This document shows positions 55,792 to 63,567 of a DNA stretch of 64,000 nt, piece by piece; position 1 is the stretch's first letter, and every line of letters starts with the position of its first letter. The DNA lies in contig OZ242259.1 of assembly GCA_965207035.1 (NCBI GenBank), forward strand, positions 742,475 through 806,474, read 5' to 3'. This stretch comes from Bryobacterales bacterium. Lineage in GTDB: Bacteria; Acidobacteriota; Terriglobia; Bryobacterales; UBA6623. Made by a program: the position numbers and the translations under genes. A model generated the notes under the pieces. That model worked only from the letters and a program-made list of their open reading frames with translations. It made no database searches and was not told the DNA's origin.

Positions 55792-56127
55792 ATGGCAAAG
55801 AGCAATGACGGCAGTAGCATAGCTTGGTTCCTGGCTGGCATGACAGTGGGTGCCGCGGTGGCGGTTCTGTTCGCACCTAAGTCGGGTCAGGAGACGCGCC
55901 AGTCGATCGCAGAAGCTGCGTCTCGAGGCAAGGATCTCGCGGAGCGCAAGACCCGTGAGGTCGTAGAGTTCGGTCGTGACGCGTACACGCAGGGACGTGA
56001 CTTGGCCGACAGCGCCAAAGAGACGGGCAAGGAAGTGATTGACCGGGGTAAGAAAGCACTGGCGGACCTTTCGCCGAAGGCAGACGCCTCTGCTGCCTCC
56101 GAAGCGAGCTCGTCCGCGGACAGCTAG
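55792..56127 (+). CDS. YtxH domain-containing protein
   Basis: 111 aa with an N-terminal amphipathic/TM segment FLAGMTVGAAVAVLFAPKSGQETR and a charged coiled tail typical of YtxH. Confidence 0.75.
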   Translation: MAKSNDGSSIAWFLAGMTVGAAVAVLFAPKSGQETRQSIAEAASRGKDLAERKTREVVEFGRDAYTQGRDLADSAKETGKEVIDRGKKALADLSPKADASAASEASSSADS

Positions 56128-56157
56128 CGCGGGTCTTGGCTAAACTGGAGCGGTAGT

Positions 56158-56234
56158 CGGGGCGTGGCGCAGGCTGGTAGCGCGCTTGCTTCGGGAGCAA
56201 GAGGTCCCGAGTTCAAATCTCGGCGCCCCGACCA
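56158..56234 (+). tRNA. tRNA-Pro (anticodon CGG), CCA encoded
   Basis: Cloverleaf folded by hand. Acceptor is CGGGGCG/CGCCCCG. D stem is GCGC/GCGC. Anticodon stem is CTTGC/GCAAG with loop TTCGGGA. T arm is CCGAG-TTCAAAT-CTCGG. 77 nt including CCA. Confidence 0.95.
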
Positions 56235-56374
56235 TATCTCCCTAGTCGTTGGCCTTCGTTTCAAGAAAACGACTGTCTGACCTGATAGTGCCCGGGGGAA
56301 GTGCCCCTGGGAATCTGCCTGCGACTCGGACGCTTGTCTTGACTTGCACACGGCGTGACAGCTATCGTTCCGTC

Positions 56375-57325
56375 ATGACACGGAAGGAATTTCTCGTCGC
56401 GCCTCTGGCAGCTGCCGGAGCGGCATCGGCCGCGAAGGGGGCAACGGAGAAAGGCAAGCGCATCAACCGAGCAATTGAACTGCTTGAGGCTGGCCAGACA
56501 ATTTACTACACCGGCGGTCACGGAGGTTACGAGGAAGGGCTCCGGTCTGCCGGAACGCTGCACGACTACATCAACTATGAAATGGAGCACGGTGCGCTCG
56601 ACTTCAGCGCGCTCAGGGCCTTCATGCGAGGCCTTGTCGATGGCGGGCCGACTCGAAGTGGGCACCGCACGCCGGCTGTGATCGCAACCTTACCCGTCCT
56701 CGGCATCGACGAGATGCACATGCGGGCCAATTTCTGGGTTGTGCAGCAAGCCCTGCTATGCGGAATCCATGGCATACTTCTGTGCCACGCACGCGACCCG
56801 GAAGCCGTGAAATGGATGGTGCGGGCTGCGCGGTACCCCCACGCCGAGCCTGCTGTCAAGGAGCTCGGCGAGGGCCTGCTCGGCAACGGTAGCCAGGGCT
56901 ACCCCTCGGAAATATGGGGTGTGTCGCGAGACGAATACATGCGCCGGGCGGATCCGTGGCCACTGAATCCTGACGGCGAGTTCCTGCTAGGTCTCAAGAT
57001 CGAGGACAAGCACGCTTTGGCCAATGCTGAGAAGGTCGCAGCGGTTCCGGGCATCGGTTTCGCCGAGTGGGGGCCCGGCGACATGGGGATCTCCCTAAAT
57101 CTGCCTGACGGTCACGGCCCGAACCGCTCTCTGCATCCGAAGATGCGGGAGGCCCGAGCCAAGGTGATGGCAGCCTGCAAGAATAACAACCTCGCATTCC
57201 TGAACACCGTTCGAGAGAGCGATGTCATCGAGATGATCGACGAGGGTGTGAGGATCGGTGCCGGAGCGAACGAGGCGACGATGGCCAAGGGCCGCAAGTA
57301 CACGGGTCGCACGATGCCGTGGTAG
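56375..57325 (+). CDS. HpcH/HpaI aldolase/citrate-lyase family protein with Tat-like leader
   Basis: The core aligns by eye to HpaI (DYINYEMEHGAL; ILLCHARDPEAVKWMVRAARYP; LGLKIEDKHAL...GFAEWGPGDM). The N-terminus MTRKEFLVAPLAAAGAASAAKG resembles an RK-variant Tat signal. Confidence 0.75.
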   Translation: MTRKEFLVAPLAAAGAASAAKGATEKGKRINRAIELLEAGQTIYYTGGHGGYEEGLRSAGTLHDYINYEMEHGALDFSALRAFMRGLVDGGPTRSGHRTPAVIATLPVLGIDEMHMRANFWVVQQALLCGIHGILLCHARDPEAVKWMVRAARYPHAEPAVKELGEGLLGNGSQGYPSEIWGVSRDEYMRRADPWPLNPDGEFLLGLKIEDKHALANAEKVAAVPGIGFAEWGPGDMGISLNLPDGHGPNRSLHPKMREARAKVMAACKNNNLAFLNTVRESDVIEMIDEGVRIGAGANEATMAKGRKYTGRTMPW

Positions 57326-58329
57326 AGCGGCTCCTGGCGGCAGCGACGATCCTCGCGGCAGCCCTTGCCGGGTGCAACCAAGCGGATGGACCGCTGAATC
57401 TTCGCTTGGCTCACGTAGCCTCGCCCGGCTCGCTCACCGCGATTTCCGCTGACGAATTCGCCCGGCGGGCCAATGAGCGCCTCCCGGGAGGGGCTCGCAT
57501 CACGGTCTTCGGGTCGAGCCAGCTTGGCGACGACGAGACACTGCTGATCAAACTCAAGCTCGGAACGGTCGATTTCTCGGTGCCTTCCACGATCATGTCT
57601 TCCGCAGTGGAATCATTCGGTCTGTTCGAGATGCCGTATTTGGTCCGCGATCGCGAGCACATGGCAAGGATCGAGCGAGAAGTCGTTTGGCCGCACCTCG
57701 CACCTGACGCTGCGTCCAGGGGGTTCAAGCTTGTGGCCGTCTGGGAAAACGGCTTTCGACACATTACAAACAACCAGCGTCCTGTGGAGAATCCTGAAGA
57801 CCTCGGGGGAATCAAGCTCCGCACTCCGCGGGGTCGCTGGCGCGTGAGACTGTTTCAGACGTTTGGAGCGAATCCAACTCCGATGTCCTTGGCAGAGACA
57901 TTCATGGCTCTGCAAACCGGCGTGATCGACGGACAGGAGAACCCGCTAAGTCAGATCCACAGCCAAAAGTTCCACGAAGTTCAAAAATATCTCACCCTGA
58001 CAGGTCATGTGTACACGCCCGCTTACCTGATGGCCGGACTGGATCGGTGGCAATCCCTTCCCGAATCCGTGCAAGAAGTGATCAGTCAGACGGCTCGGGA
58101 AGTCCAAGCTTTTGTCTATCGTCAGGCCGGGGACCTGGACCAACGACTGCTTGCGGAGCTGTCGAGCGAAGGAATTGCTGTCAATGAATGCAATCGCGAG
58201 CGGTTCTTGGAAGCGGGTCAGCCGATCTTTGACCAATTCGCTGCCGGCGTCCCCAAGGGCGGGGAATTGATCGCGCGCACTCTCGCCTTGGACTCGGGTA
58301 GGACGGGCGATGATACCCTAGCGCCTTGA
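57319..58329 (+). CDS. dctP: TRAP transporter substrate-binding protein (lipoprotein)
   Basis: Lipobox leader (V)ERLLAAATILAAALAGC, then a DctP family body (LKLRTPRG..., QTGVIDGQENP). It overlaps the aldolase stop by 7 nt. Confidence 0.9.
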   Translation: MVERLLAAATILAAALAGCNQADGPLNLRLAHVASPGSLTAISADEFARRANERLPGGARITVFGSSQLGDDETLLIKLKLGTVDFSVPSTIMSSAVESFGLFEMPYLVRDREHMARIEREVVWPHLAPDAASRGFKLVAVWENGFRHITNNQRPVENPEDLGGIKLRTPRGRWRVRLFQTFGANPTPMSLAETFMALQTGVIDGQENPLSQIHSQKFHEVQKYLTLTGHVYTPAYLMAGLDRWQSLPESVQEVISQTAREVQAFVYRQAGDLDQRLLAELSSEGIAVNECNRERFLEAGQPIFDQFAAGVPKGGELIARTLALDSGRTGDDTLAP

Positions 58330-58805
58330 ACTCAAGCCGTCCGCGCGCGGTCCTGAACCGCTGCTTAGAAGCTGCTGTCATTGCAATCATTGCCGCGCTG
58401 GCCCTGCTGGTGATCGTTGGCGTCGCGAGCCGTAAGGCGGGCTTCTCGCTTGTCTGGTATGACGAAGTGGCGGCGATCTTGCTGGCTTGGCTGACCTACT
58501 ACGGAGCTGCTCTTGCCGCGCTCCATCGGGCACACCTGGGCTTTCCGAATCTTGTGCAACTCGCGCCGCGTGATCTTCGCTTCGGCCTGGTGGTCCTGCG
58601 TGAACTGGCGATTTTCCTGTTCTTCGGCCTCACTGCCTACCTGGGGTTGGACCTGTTGTCAGTGCTGGGCGGTACATTCTTGGTGAGCCTGCCTTGGCTT
58701 CCGGCGGCGGTTGTCTACTCGGCGATTCCGGTTGGTGCCATGCTCTTCATCGCTGCGGAACTCATTACGGCCGTCGAAGACTGGAACCGGGGCATTGACC
58801 GGTGA
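58326..58805 (+). CDS. dctQ: TRAP transporter small permease subunit
   Basis: 159 aa with 4 TM segments. It has 4-nt overlaps with both neighbouring genes. Confidence 0.8.
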   Translation: MNSSRPRAVLNRCLEAAVIAIIAALALLVIVGVASRKAGFSLVWYDEVAAILLAWLTYYGAALAALHRAHLGFPNLVQLAPRDLRFGLVVLRELAIFLFFGLTAYLGLDLLSVLGGTFLVSLPWLPAAVVYSAIPVGAMLFIAAELITAVEDWNRGIDR

Positions 58806-60085
58806 CGTTGCTGTTGATCCTGCTAGGGCTGCTGCTGCTAGCGCTGGCCAATGTGCCCATTGCCGTGGCGCTCGGCATCGCGGCCGTGGCCGCGATGGCC
58901 GTGGAAACGGGGCTGCGGGACATGCCGAACATCCCGCTCACGCTATTCGACGGAGCGGTCAAATTCTCCCTGATTGCCGTCCCGCTGTTCATCTTGGCCG
59001 GAGCCATCATGAACGCCAGCGGCATCTCGCGCCGCCTGATCGCACTGACGTCGGCGTTGATCGGCTGGGTCCGGGGGGGCTTGTCGATGGTGACGATCGG
59101 CACGTCATTGTTCTTCGCCGAGATCTCCGGGTCTGCCGTTGCGGATGTGGCGGCTCTGGGATCGGTCTTGATCCCGTCAATGAAGAGGGCGGGGTACTCC
59201 AAGGAATTCGCGGCGGCGGTGACATCCTCCGCATCGACGCTCGCGGTGATCATCCCGCCCTCGATTCCGATGATCCTCTACGCGGTGATGGCGGGCACAT
59301 CCGTCGTCGAGCTCTTCGTCGCAGGTATCATTCCGGGCCTCCTAGGGGGCCTGCTTCTGATGGCTGCCGCCTATCGAGTCGCTGTTCGGCGCGGCTTTCC
59401 GTCCGACTCCTCCTTCCATTGGCACAGGGTTGTCAGTGCGTTTCGGGAGGCCGTTTGGGCGTTGACCCTTCCCGTCATCATTCTGGGAGGGATATTCTCG
59501 GGCTGGGTGACCGCCACTGAAGGAGCCGGCCTTGCTGTCTTGGCGGCGGCCTTGATCGGCGGACTGGTTTACCGGGAACTTGATTGGAGGGTCCTGCGGC
59601 AGGCGACGGTGGAAGGCGGTATCCAGACAGCCGTTGTGATGCTCTTGGTTTCCGCATCGGCGCTGCTTGGCGAATACCTGACGGCAATGCAGGTTCCCCA
59701 GCAGTTCGCAGAACACCTGTTGGCGTTTACAGAGAGCAAATGGGCGGTGCTGGCCTTGTTGAATGTTTTCTTCCTGGTTGTCGGCTTGTTCCTGCACTCG
59801 GCAGCGGCAATCATTTTGGTCGTGCCGGTCGTGATGCCCTTGGTGCACCAAGCAGGCATCGACCCGGTGCACTTCGGGCTCGTGCTTACATTGAATCTGG
59901 GAATAGGCCAGCAAACCCCTCCGGTGGCCAGCGTTCTGCTGACGGCGTGCTCGATCGCCAAGGCCAGCATCTGGGAGGTGAGCCGCGCCAACGCGATCTT
60001 TGTTGCAGTGCTGCTAGTGGTGCTCTTGATGGTCACGTACCTTCCAGCGATTCCGATGTTGCTGGTGGAGTTCTTCTACCGCTAG
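58802..60085 (+). CDS. dctM: TRAP transporter large permease subunit
   Basis: 427 aa, DctM-type (VPLFILAGAIMN, AEISGSAVADVA), a paralogue of 11483-12766. Confidence 0.9.
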   Translation: MTLLLILLGLLLLALANVPIAVALGIAAVAAMAVETGLRDMPNIPLTLFDGAVKFSLIAVPLFILAGAIMNASGISRRLIALTSALIGWVRGGLSMVTIGTSLFFAEISGSAVADVAALGSVLIPSMKRAGYSKEFAAAVTSSASTLAVIIPPSIPMILYAVMAGTSVVELFVAGIIPGLLGGLLLMAAAYRVAVRRGFPSDSSFHWHRVVSAFREAVWALTLPVIILGGIFSGWVTATEGAGLAVLAAALIGGLVYRELDWRVLRQATVEGGIQTAVVMLLVSASALLGEYLTAMQVPQQFAEHLLAFTESKWAVLALLNVFFLVVGLFLHSAAAIILVVPVVMPLVHQAGIDPVHFGLVLTLNLGIGQQTPPVASVLLTACSIAKASIWEVSRANAIFVAVLLVVLLMVTYLPAIPMLLVEFFYR

Positions 60086-60109
60086 ACAGGCCGTCCGTGA
60101 TGTAGCGGT

Positions 60110-60697
60110 CTAGTTGTGACACTGCTTGCAAGCCGTTTCCTTCGGCACGATCAAGAGCTTTGCAACCGTCGATCCATGCGCGTCATGACACATGCCGCAA
60201 CTGCTCAATTCATGGGGTGCATGGCTATGCGTCCGAATGAATTGCCCTTCGGTGTGGCAAGACTGACATCCGCCGTTGAAACGGAATCGGCCCCTGCGGC
60301 TCACCGCGTGGCAGTGAGTGCAATCAATCCGTGCCGGCGGATGGTCCACGAATGGCGCGGCCGAGGGGAAGGGCGGGCTTGGGCCGGCGAAGAAGATGAT
60401 TTCATCGCTGCCCCCGGGCGTGTCCAGGCGCAGGGAGTGCTTACCGGTTGCCACATGCACGCGGGCGTGTAGGACTCCGGGAAACGGCCGGTCCGTCTCC
60501 ACGGGCTCGCCATCAAGCAGCAGATGGCCCTCCTCGGCCTTGGCGATCAAATCGATTTCAACCTCCGGCACCCAAGCGCCGTTCCGGGGCTTTACGATCC
60601 CGCCCGAGTCTTCGCCGGCGAGCGGTTCCGTCGAAAGGGCCAGCAAGGTGAATGCCAGCAGCCAGCTACACGTGGATGCGGCAAATCGTCCCGGCAT
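60110..60697 (-). CDS. Tetrahaem c-type cytochrome (c3/c7-like, paired CxxCH)
   Basis: Sec signal peptide, an approximately 100-aa N-terminal domain, then CTHCH, CQSCH, CGMCH and CKQCH within about 75 residues. Confidence 0.85.
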   Translation of the reverse strand: MPGRFAASTCSWLLAFTLLALSTEPLAGEDSGGIVKPRNGAWVPEVEIDLIAKAEEGHLLLDGEPVETDRPFPGVLHARVHVATGKHSLRLDTPGGSDEIIFFAGPSPPFPSAAPFVDHPPARIDCTHCHAVSRRGRFRFNGGCQSCHTEGQFIRTHSHAPHELSSCGMCHDAHGSTVAKLLIVPKETACKQCHN

Positions 60698-61469
60698 ACC
60701 GGCTGCTGTTGTCCTTGTGTCCCGGCGCGATCCCGGCGTCGCAGTAGTAGAGCGCGCCGTCCCACCAAGTCATTCCATGCGGGTCTGGATCGGTTCGTTC
60801 CAGCTGAACGCCGTCAAGTACCTGGCCGGTCCGGATGTCGAACTTCAAGGCGCGGTAGTCGTTGGAGAACATGCACCAGATGTGCTCGCCGTCCCAACCG
60901 AGTCCATGGGGCCGGTTTAGCGGCAAGTCGAAGTCGTGGAATGTGTTCAGGTTCGCATCGGCCTGTACGACCTTGAATGGCTGGAATTGTGTGATCCACA
61001 GGGAATCCTTCGCCCATAGCAGCCCGTGAAGCCCGCCGCCGCTAGGGGTCTGGTAGTTCATGATGTGCTTGCCCGTGGCCATGTCAAGCTTGACAACCCG
61101 ACCTCCACTAGCCACATCGTGGAGCCGGCGGGGACGGAGTTTCGCTGGGCCGTTCGCCCCCATGAAGACAAACCCGCCTCCCGCTGCGATACCACTCGTA
61201 TTGGATGACTGGGTTTCGTACTTCGCAAGCTCGCGTCCCGTTTCCCACTCGAGCAGGTAAGCGCGGTCTGTGATCTGCTCGCCGACCCAGAGGCCATCGG
61301 CCGTCGCCTCCAGTCCGTTCGGGTTCCCGTCAGGTGATTGGTAGAGAATCTCGACCTTGTTGCGTCGCCGGATCGGATACTCGCCGGACCCGTCTGCGCG
61401 AGCCTTCCAGGCGCCGAGCAACGAAGCGACGCCGGCGCCGCAAGCCCCTGAAAATTCGCGTCTTGTCAC
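60666..61469 (-). CDS. Tat-leader beta-propeller protein (glutaminyl-cyclase/lactonase-like fold, function unknown)
   Basis: GTG 61469 forms a GTGA overlap with the upstream stop and gives the leader TRREFSGACGAGVASLLGAWKARA. Repeated blades are PNGLEATADGLWV, LHGLLWAKDSLWI, PHGLGWDGEHIWC and PHGMTWWDGALYY. Confidence 0.65.
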   Translation of the reverse strand: MTRREFSGACGAGVASLLGAWKARADGSGEYPIRRRNKVEILYQSPDGNPNGLEATADGLWVGEQITDRAYLLEWETGRELAKYETQSSNTSGIAAGGGFVFMGANGPAKLRPRRLHDVASGGRVVKLDMATGKHIMNYQTPSGGGLHGLLWAKDSLWITQFQPFKVVQADANLNTFHDFDLPLNRPHGLGWDGEHIWCMFSNDYRALKFDIRTGQVLDGVQLERTDPDPHGMTWWDGALYYCDAGIAPGHKDNSSRYAGTICRIHV

Positions 61470-62677
61470 CGCTGCAACCCTCCTTCGTAAGACCAGTTCC
61501 TCCATCGCACCAGGCTTGGTTTGATGTCAGACATCCGGGCGACTCCGGACATTCCCATGTCCAGGGCCAGCTCCGTCTTCAGCAATTCCAGCACCCTGGC
61601 CACGCCGTCGCGACCGTAGCATGCCAAGCCCCAAAGGTACGGTCTCGCAATTCCCACGGCCGTCGCGCCGATCGCCAGCGCCTTCAGGATATCGGTTCCT
61701 CGCCGGAATCCTCCATCCACCAGCACGGGAATCCGGCCAGCCGCGGCCCGGACGCATTCCGGCAGTGCCTCAATCGTCGATCCGGTGTGGTCCAACTGGC
61801 GTGCACCGTGATTCGAAACAACGACTGTGTCGGCACCGACTTGGACCGCCATTTCGACATCCTCTGCGGTCATCAGACCCTTGAGCATGATTTTCAACTC
61901 GGTGATGTCACGCAGCTGTTTCACGGTCTCCCACGTCGGTGTCGGGAACAGGCGGCCAGGATGCTCCCCGGTCACCCAGGGCCTGTCATTCGGATTGGAA
62001 ACCAGTTCGCCGTCCTCATCCCGGGGAATAGAGCCGAGATTGCACCACGACCGGACCAGCCCGTTGTGGATGGAGCGCTCGCGATGCGATACCAGCATGC
62101 TATCTACGGTGAAGCAGATGCCCGTGCAACTGGAATCCTCGAGACGCTCGACGAAGTCCAGCATCGCGTCCGGCGTGTGGAATTGCCCGCCGGTCGTATA
62201 CCGCCACCAGTGCGCGGGGGCTTCGCTGCTCGCCAAGTACTCCTCGACGCCGCCGTTACTGATGTACATGGCATTTGCCAAGGCTGCTCCGCGTGCTGTC
62301 TCCTCCTCGCCGGCGAGCCGAAAGCAGTTCTTGCCACCGGCCGGGCAGATAAAGACAGGTGAGTCCAGCTTGCGACCCAGCAAATCCGTCGACACATCGA
62401 TTTGGTGGACATCGGTCAGGAATCTCGGGCGCAGGATCAGGCGGCGGAATGCCAAGCGGTTCTCGGCAAGGGAGATCTCGTCCTTCCCGCCCTCGTCCAT
62501 GTAGTCGAACGCGACCGGGTCGATAAGCCTGCGAGCTAACTCCCGAAAATCAAAGACGTTTGCGAGTTTGGTCGAGTCCTTGAGGTCCGGCTTCTCGATC
62601 TCCGCCATTAGAGGCGACGCGAGCAGGAAGGCCGCGAACTGGCGGATCATCTCACGACGGGAAGGTGCGTGCACCAT
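61466..62677 (-). CDS. FMN-dependent alpha-hydroxy-acid dehydrogenase/oxidase family protein with Tat leader
   Basis: Motifs are SNHGARQLD and VLVDGGFRRGTDILKALAIGATAVGIARPYLWGL. ATG 62677 gives MVHAPSRREMIRQFAAFLLASPLMAE. The Arg-rich track extension to 62746 was rejected. Confidence 0.85.
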   Translation of the reverse strand: MVHAPSRREMIRQFAAFLLASPLMAEIEKPDLKDSTKLANVFDFRELARRLIDPVAFDYMDEGGKDEISLAENRLAFRRLILRPRFLTDVHQIDVSTDLLGRKLDSPVFICPAGGKNCFRLAGEEETARGAALANAMYISNGGVEEYLASSEAPAHWWRYTTGGQFHTPDAMLDFVERLEDSSCTGICFTVDSMLVSHRERSIHNGLVRSWCNLGSIPRDEDGELVSNPNDRPWVTGEHPGRLFPTPTWETVKQLRDITELKIMLKGLMTAEDVEMAVQVGADTVVVSNHGARQLDHTGSTIEALPECVRAAAGRIPVLVDGGFRRGTDILKALAIGATAVGIARPYLWGLACYGRDGVARVLELLKTELALDMGMSGVARMSDIKPSLVRWRNWSYEGGLQR

Positions 62678-62892
62678 GTGGCCTGAAACGTACCACCAAC
62701 CACCATTGCTGTCAACGCGCCTGCGCCGTCTACGCCACCGCCACAATGGTCCTCCGTCCGGTGTGGCCCATCCGAGCGGGCGTCGCTGGCGATCAAACGC
62801 GGTTCACCCGCGTGCTGCGGACAGAAGGTGCGATTTCCTATCGGACGCCGACCAATGCCAGGGCTGTGACGTGAGCCCGCCGATCCCGGGAA

Positions 62893-63567
62893 TCACGCAG
62901 TTTGCTTCCGCGCTTCTTCAAGCAGACGCCGCGCGCGGGCTGGGTTGTAGACGCCACACGGGCAGAAGCGCGCAAGCGTTGCAACCGCTTGCTCGGTGGT
63001 CCTACGTCCCTCCCGGACCATATCGAGCATCTTGCGGGCCATGTTGAAAGAAACCATCCCGTGGCCGCACATGGTCGAAAGCTCGAGTACTTGACTGTTC
63101 GGCAAGTGATCGTGAGGATCGGTGAATCCCAGCGAGTACTCCACGCTGTGGCGGGGGATCCCGCAACAGGCAGCTACCTCCTTGGCTCCGCCCACCGAAG
63201 TGCTCAGATTGACCGACAGGCCCAGATCTGCTTCGATTACCTCCCGAAGGCAGTCTTCTGCCTTCTCCTTCGTGTCGAATACAGCGGCCACTGTGCCCGG
63301 CCTGGCAACGCCTTCGATCACGCCGTCCCAGTCGGGAGTGTGATCGCGGCTCCAGTGTGACCTCGGATCCAGGCGCCTCTCGGGCTTGAAGCTCCCGCGG
63401 TTCCCGTTGCCCATGTTGACAGGCTTGTGTCGGGCGCAGATGCGAAGGAAGGCCTTCTGTTTCTCCACGGCACCCGTGTCGTTCCTGCCCGGCGAGGGAA
63501 TGCAAAAAAGGATGAAGTCGTCCCGGAACGAACTGGCTTTTCCGTATCGATGGAGTGTGTTCGTCAT
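62893..63567 (-). CDS. Conserved-looking hypothetical protein with C-terminal Cys cluster
   Basis: 224 aa with coding-like composition. The C-terminus has MCGHGMV...FCPCGVYNPARA (four Cys plus His). It has a 4-nt overlap with the upstream gene. I recognise no family. Confidence 0.6.
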   Translation of the reverse strand: MTNTLHRYGKASSFRDDFILFCIPSPGRNDTGAVEKQKAFLRICARHKPVNMGNGNRGSFKPERRLDPRSHWSRDHTPDWDGVIEGVARPGTVAAVFDTKEKAEDCLREVIEADLGLSVNLSTSVGGAKEVAACCGIPRHSVEYSLGFTDPHDHLPNSQVLELSTMCGHGMVSFNMARKMLDMVREGRRTTEQAVATLARFCPCGVYNPARARRLLEEARKQTA

